From Candidatus Monoglobus merdigallinarum (GTDB lineage: Bacteria; Bacillota; Clostridia; Monoglobales; Monoglobaceae): DNA of 52,364 nucleotides. The stretch covers positions 1 to 52,364 of the forward strand of contig DXIJ01000055.1 in assembly GCA_019112945.1 (NCBI GenBank), in the 5' to 3' direction. The position numbers and the translations under genes were made by a program. Below, one piece after another: positions 49,264 to 52,364 of the stretch; the first letter of the stretch is position 1; every line of letters starts with the position of its first letter. The notes beneath the pieces were generated by a model. It did not search any database. It was not told the origin of the DNA and saw only the letters and a program-made list of their open reading frames with translations.

Positions 49264-49604
49264 CAACAGAGGGATTAGAGATTAGGACGTGACGGGTTAT
49301 CTAACCAATAACAATTTTGGTTGGTGCAAACTTCGCAGGCAACGCTTTGCGCAAAGGTGTTAGTGCAAACATCGGTAGGCGAACGCAGTGAGCACAGCGG
49401 TGCGCAGGCGTGGGAGTTGCGGCAATGAAAGTTTATATAATCCGTTTAGTTATCAACATATCTTTGCCTGCGCACCTAACGTGTTCGCCCCAGAGGGCGA
49501 ACCTGCCGCAGCTTGCATTTCATCTTAAAATTTAAGGTGAAGCAAAAACTTAGCTGAGAGCAAGCCCGTCACGTCCTATTTCCTAATCTCTGATCCCTAC
49601 GTTG
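49264..49604. mobile_element. MITE/REPIN-like non-autonomous element with imperfect inverted ends (repeat locus D)
   Basis: Left end CAACAGAGGGATTAGAGATTAGGACGTGACGGG; right end CCCGTCACGTCCTA..ATCCCTACGTTG; no coding capacity. Confidence 0.6.
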
Positions 49605-49676
49605 GGGAACGACGGAGCGTGTGACTGATTTTTCTTTGTAAAAAAAAATCGGAACGGAGCATAGTCCGTTCCGACG
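49605..49676 (-). repeat. Palindromic hairpin module trailing the tRNA, truncated by locus D
   Basis: CGTCGGAACGGA..TCCGTTCCGA and GATTTTT/AAAAATC hairpins; same layout as the modules at 613-726 and 38215-38326. Confidence 0.55.
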
Positions 49677-49753
49677 TGGTATGCCCGACGGGATTCGAAC
49701 CCGTGACCTTCAGAGTCGGAGTCTGACACTCTATCCAGCTGAGCTACGGACAC
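49677..49753 (-). tRNA. tRNA-Arg (anticodon CCG)
   Basis: 77-nt cloverleaf GTGTCCGTAGCTCAGCTGGATAGAG...TCAGA-CT-CCG-AC-TCTGA...GGTTCGAATCC...CCA; TTGAAT-17-TATAAT promoter upstream. Confidence 0.97.
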
Positions 49754-49852
49754 ATAACGTAATTTATTATAACACATTATTGCTTTAAATTCAATATTAA
49801 TTTTTGACTAAAACACCACTGCCGCATTTTTTTGAACAAATCCCGGGCGGTC

Positions 49853-50593
49853 TCACAGCTGCATGATCATTTTCAAAACGCAGACGACTGCGAAAATGAC
49901 CGGCTGATGAACTATATAGATCTTCAGCGCATTTCTGCCGATCGCTCCTACGACCGGGACACGCCCGTTCTTCAGGCAGGCTATATATCCCGTGCTGACC
50001 GAAAGCCTGAACAGATAATAACCGCCCATGTACAGAAAAAACCACGGCAGAAGCGAAAAATAATCCGCTGACGCAAAGCCGCGCGGCGGGAAGCCGAAAA
50101 AGGCGGTCACAATACTGCGGTAGAACCATTGCGGCAGCTCCGCCAGCCTGACGCCGAAGCAACCGAGATATCCGCTGTTTACTCCCTTAAGCAGCATAAA
50201 CAGCGCAAGCGATAATATAAATCCGCACAGCGGGTTCAGTTTAACACGGCTAAGCGGTACGGCAATCAAAACCGAAGCCCCGAGCAGCGTCAGTATCCCG
50301 AACACTATCGCGGTGCGCGGCACAAAAATATAAGTGACCGCAGTTATCGCCGCGCCGAGCAGTGAAAGGATGATCCCGCGCCTTATTGGACGCCGGTCAA
50401 GACCGAAGCAAAAGCCGGAGATCAGGATAAACGCCTGGCATATGCTCTGCTGCCAGATATACCCGGGCAGACCGCGGAACCACCCAGCGTCAAAAAGCCT
50501 GAAATACTGTAAAGTCCAAAGCGTATGATAAAGAACCATGCTTATCACGCAAAGGCCTCTTATGGTATCGATCTTGTGGTATCGTGTATCCAT
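49853..50593 (-). CDS. DUF1624 / heparan-alpha-glucosaminide N-acetyltransferase-like membrane protein
   Basis: IDTIRG...MVLYH, FGILTLLG, DYFSLLPW, IYIVHQP. Confidence 0.85.
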   Translation of the reverse strand: MDTRYHKIDTIRGLCVISMVLYHTLWTLQYFRLFDAGWFRGLPGYIWQQSICQAFILISGFCFGLDRRPIRRGIILSLLGAAITAVTYIFVPRTAIVFGILTLLGASVLIAVPLSRVKLNPLCGFILSLALFMLLKGVNSGYLGCFGVRLAELPQWFYRSIVTAFFGFPPRGFASADYFSLLPWFFLYMGGYYLFRLSVSTGYIACLKNGRVPVVGAIGRNALKIYIVHQPVIFAVVCVLKMIMQL

Positions 50594-50605
50594 TGCGCCA
50601 AAGGA

Positions 50606-50977
50606 TCAAACGGCCGCAATAACTTCAACCTCTACCAGCGCATTTTTGGGCAGCGCTTTAACTGCAACGCATGAACGCGCGGGCTTTGAGGTGAAGTATT
50701 CGCCGTAGACAACGTTGAATGCCGCAAAGTCAGCCATATCGCTTAAAAAGCATACCGTCTTGACTGTCTTGTCAAGACTGCTGCCGGCTGCCTCAAGCAC
50801 TGCCGACAGGTTTTTCATAACCTGCATTGTCTGCGCGGTTATGTCAGCGCCCTCTATCTCACCGCTCTTTGGATCGATAGCTATCTGTCCCGAGGTATAG
50901 ACCATACCGTTTATTTTTACAGCCTGAGAATACGGCCCGATCGCTTCGGGTGCATTTTTTGTATAAATCTTTTCCAT
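50606..50977 (-). CDS. ridA: RidA family enamine/imine deaminase
   Basis: AIGPYSQA, SGQI, PARSCV, VEVE. Confidence 0.93.
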   Translation of the reverse strand: MEKIYTKNAPEAIGPYSQAVKINGMVYTSGQIAIDPKSGEIEGADITAQTMQVMKNLSAVLEAAGSSLDKTVKTVCFLSDMADFAAFNVVYGEYFTSKPARSCVAVKALPKNALVEVEVIAAV

Positions 50978-50994
50978 TTTTATATCTCCTTTTC

Positions 50995-52188
50995 TTATCT
51001 TATCTTAAAACCGCTGCCGGTTATCGCATTTTTAATCTCGTCCAGGTGCTCCTGATTTCTGGTCTCTATGGAAAGCCTTAGCACACAGTCATTGATATCC
51101 AGCTTCTCATCGGCGCGGTTATGCTCGATAGCGACAACATTTGCTCCGTAAGATGAGATTATCTCAGAAACAGCAAGCAGCTGCCCGGGCTTGTCGGTCA
51201 GCTCTATTACAAGCTCCGCCAGACGTCCTGTCTTTTGCAGACCGCGGTTTATCACACGCGAGAGAATAGTTACGTCAATGTTTCCGCCGGATACCAGGCA
51301 CACAACATTCTTGCCCTTTACCGGCAGCTTGTCGAACATTACCGCAGCGACAGAGGTCGCTCCCGCGCCCTCGGCGATTATTTTCTCGCGCTCGATCAGC
51401 TCTAAAATAGCAGTCGAGATCTCGTCGTCACTGACTGTGACGATATCGTCGACATACTGCTTGCACATTTCAAATGTCGTATCGCCCGGTGTTTTGACGG
51501 CTATACCGTCGGCTATGGTGTGAACGCGGCCGAGCGTCTCGATCTTGTCGTCGTTCACGGAATTTTTCATTGACGCCGCGCCCTCTGCCTGGACGCCGTA
51601 TATTTTGATCGTCGGGTCAAGGGACTTCATAGCAAACGCAACGCCGCTGATGAGCCCGCCGCCGCCCACCGGGACAACTACAGCATCCGCCTTTGGCAGC
51701 TGGTCGATTATTTCAAGACCTATAGAACCCTGTCCGGCTATAACCATATCATCGTCAAACGGATGTATAAACGTAGCTCCTGTCTCCTTGACAAGAGAAA
51801 CCGCCTTTTCATATGCATCATCGTATACACCCTTAACGAGGCAAACCTCGGCGCCGTAGCTTTTTGTCGCCTCAACCTTGGAGATCGGAGCGCCGTCGGG
51901 AATACATATCTTGGCTTTTATTCCGTGTTTGGTGGCAGCAAGCGCAACGCCCTGTGCATGGTTGCCCGCGGAACATGCAATAACACCCTTTTCCCTCTCC
52001 TCGGGCGACAGCTGCGAAATTTTATAATATGCTCCTCTGACCTTAAATGAGCCGGTAACCTGCAGATTTTCTGTCTTAAGGTATAGATTGCAGCTGTCTG
52101 TTATCCGCGTCGACCTTATAAGCTCGGTAGGTCTGATGACTTCCTTTAAAATATGTGATGCGTGATAAATTTTATCAAGAGTTACCAT
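50995..52188 (-). CDS. ilvA: Threonine ammonia-lyase with a single C-terminal ACT domain
   Basis: ENLQVTGSFKVRG (PLP lysine), SAGNHAQG, PVGGGGL, SGGNID, DKPGQL. Confidence 0.93.
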   Translation of the reverse strand: MVTLDKIYHASHILKEVIRPTELIRSTRITDSCNLYLKTENLQVTGSFKVRGAYYKISQLSPEEREKGVIACSAGNHAQGVALAATKHGIKAKICIPDGAPISKVEATKSYGAEVCLVKGVYDDAYEKAVSLVKETGATFIHPFDDDMVIAGQGSIGLEIIDQLPKADAVVVPVGGGGLISGVAFAMKSLDPTIKIYGVQAEGAASMKNSVNDDKIETLGRVHTIADGIAVKTPGDTTFEMCKQYVDDIVTVSDDEISTAILELIEREKIIAEGAGATSVAAVMFDKLPVKGKNVVCLVSGGNIDVTILSRVINRGLQKTGRLAELVIELTDKPGQLLAVSEIISSYGANVVAIEHNRADEKLDINDCVLRLSIETRNQEHLDEIKNAITGSGFKIR

Positions 52189-52364
52189 TTTGTCTGTCTC
52201 CTTAAATTTTTATTGCAACAGACAATATTATACTTCTCGCCATACAAAATTTCAATGATTTTTTTCACAAATTCTCACAGATATTTTCGCTGTGTTTTAA
52301 GCTATGTATAAGAAATTTAAAGTTTTTTTTGCAATACGACTGTTTTTTTGTAAAAGTTTATTGA

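Noticed and set aside
49200-49753. Integrative element or prophage at tRNA-Arg
   Set aside because: No integrase and no duplicated tRNA 3' end seen in the window
49583-49777. 64-aa ORF
   Set aside because: Overlaps tRNA-Arg and its trailing hairpin module

Overview
Chromosomal window from a spore-forming Clostridia-class anaerobe. SLH-anchored surface proteins, two PL1 pectate lyases and a 2095-aa GH3 suggest a Monoglobus-like pectin/hemicellulose degrader (inference). Housekeeping genes (gyrA, secG, galU, ttcA, ilvD, mgtE, ppk1, fhs, mnmG, ilvA-ridA, tRNA-Arg(CCG), an amino-acid ABC transporter) are interleaved with cell-surface genes (SLH-serpin, SLH-PstS-like, SLH-M15 peptidase). Features absent from the ORF track: a rubredoxin, two tiny Cys-rich probable spore peptides and a yybP-ykoY riboswitch. 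Three observations stand out. (1) Two paralogous ~85-nt candidate small RNAs (23039->22955 and 25728->25809) share a 5' hairpin, an exposed anti-start-codon plus anti-Shine-Dalgarno tract, a terminator, and identically built promoters with four 11-bp-phased TTCACA-like boxes; this is a csRNA-like, response-regulator-controlled architecture. (2) A ~80-aa module I cannot name (..Y(D/S)..g.L....(K/R)xxxW(D/N)...P) is shared by three secreted CAZymes. (3) A dispersed modular repeat with variable CCTAATC-like heptamer tracts occurs at four loci; one copy supplies part of a perfect -35 box. No CRISPR array, integrase, transposase or prophage was seen.
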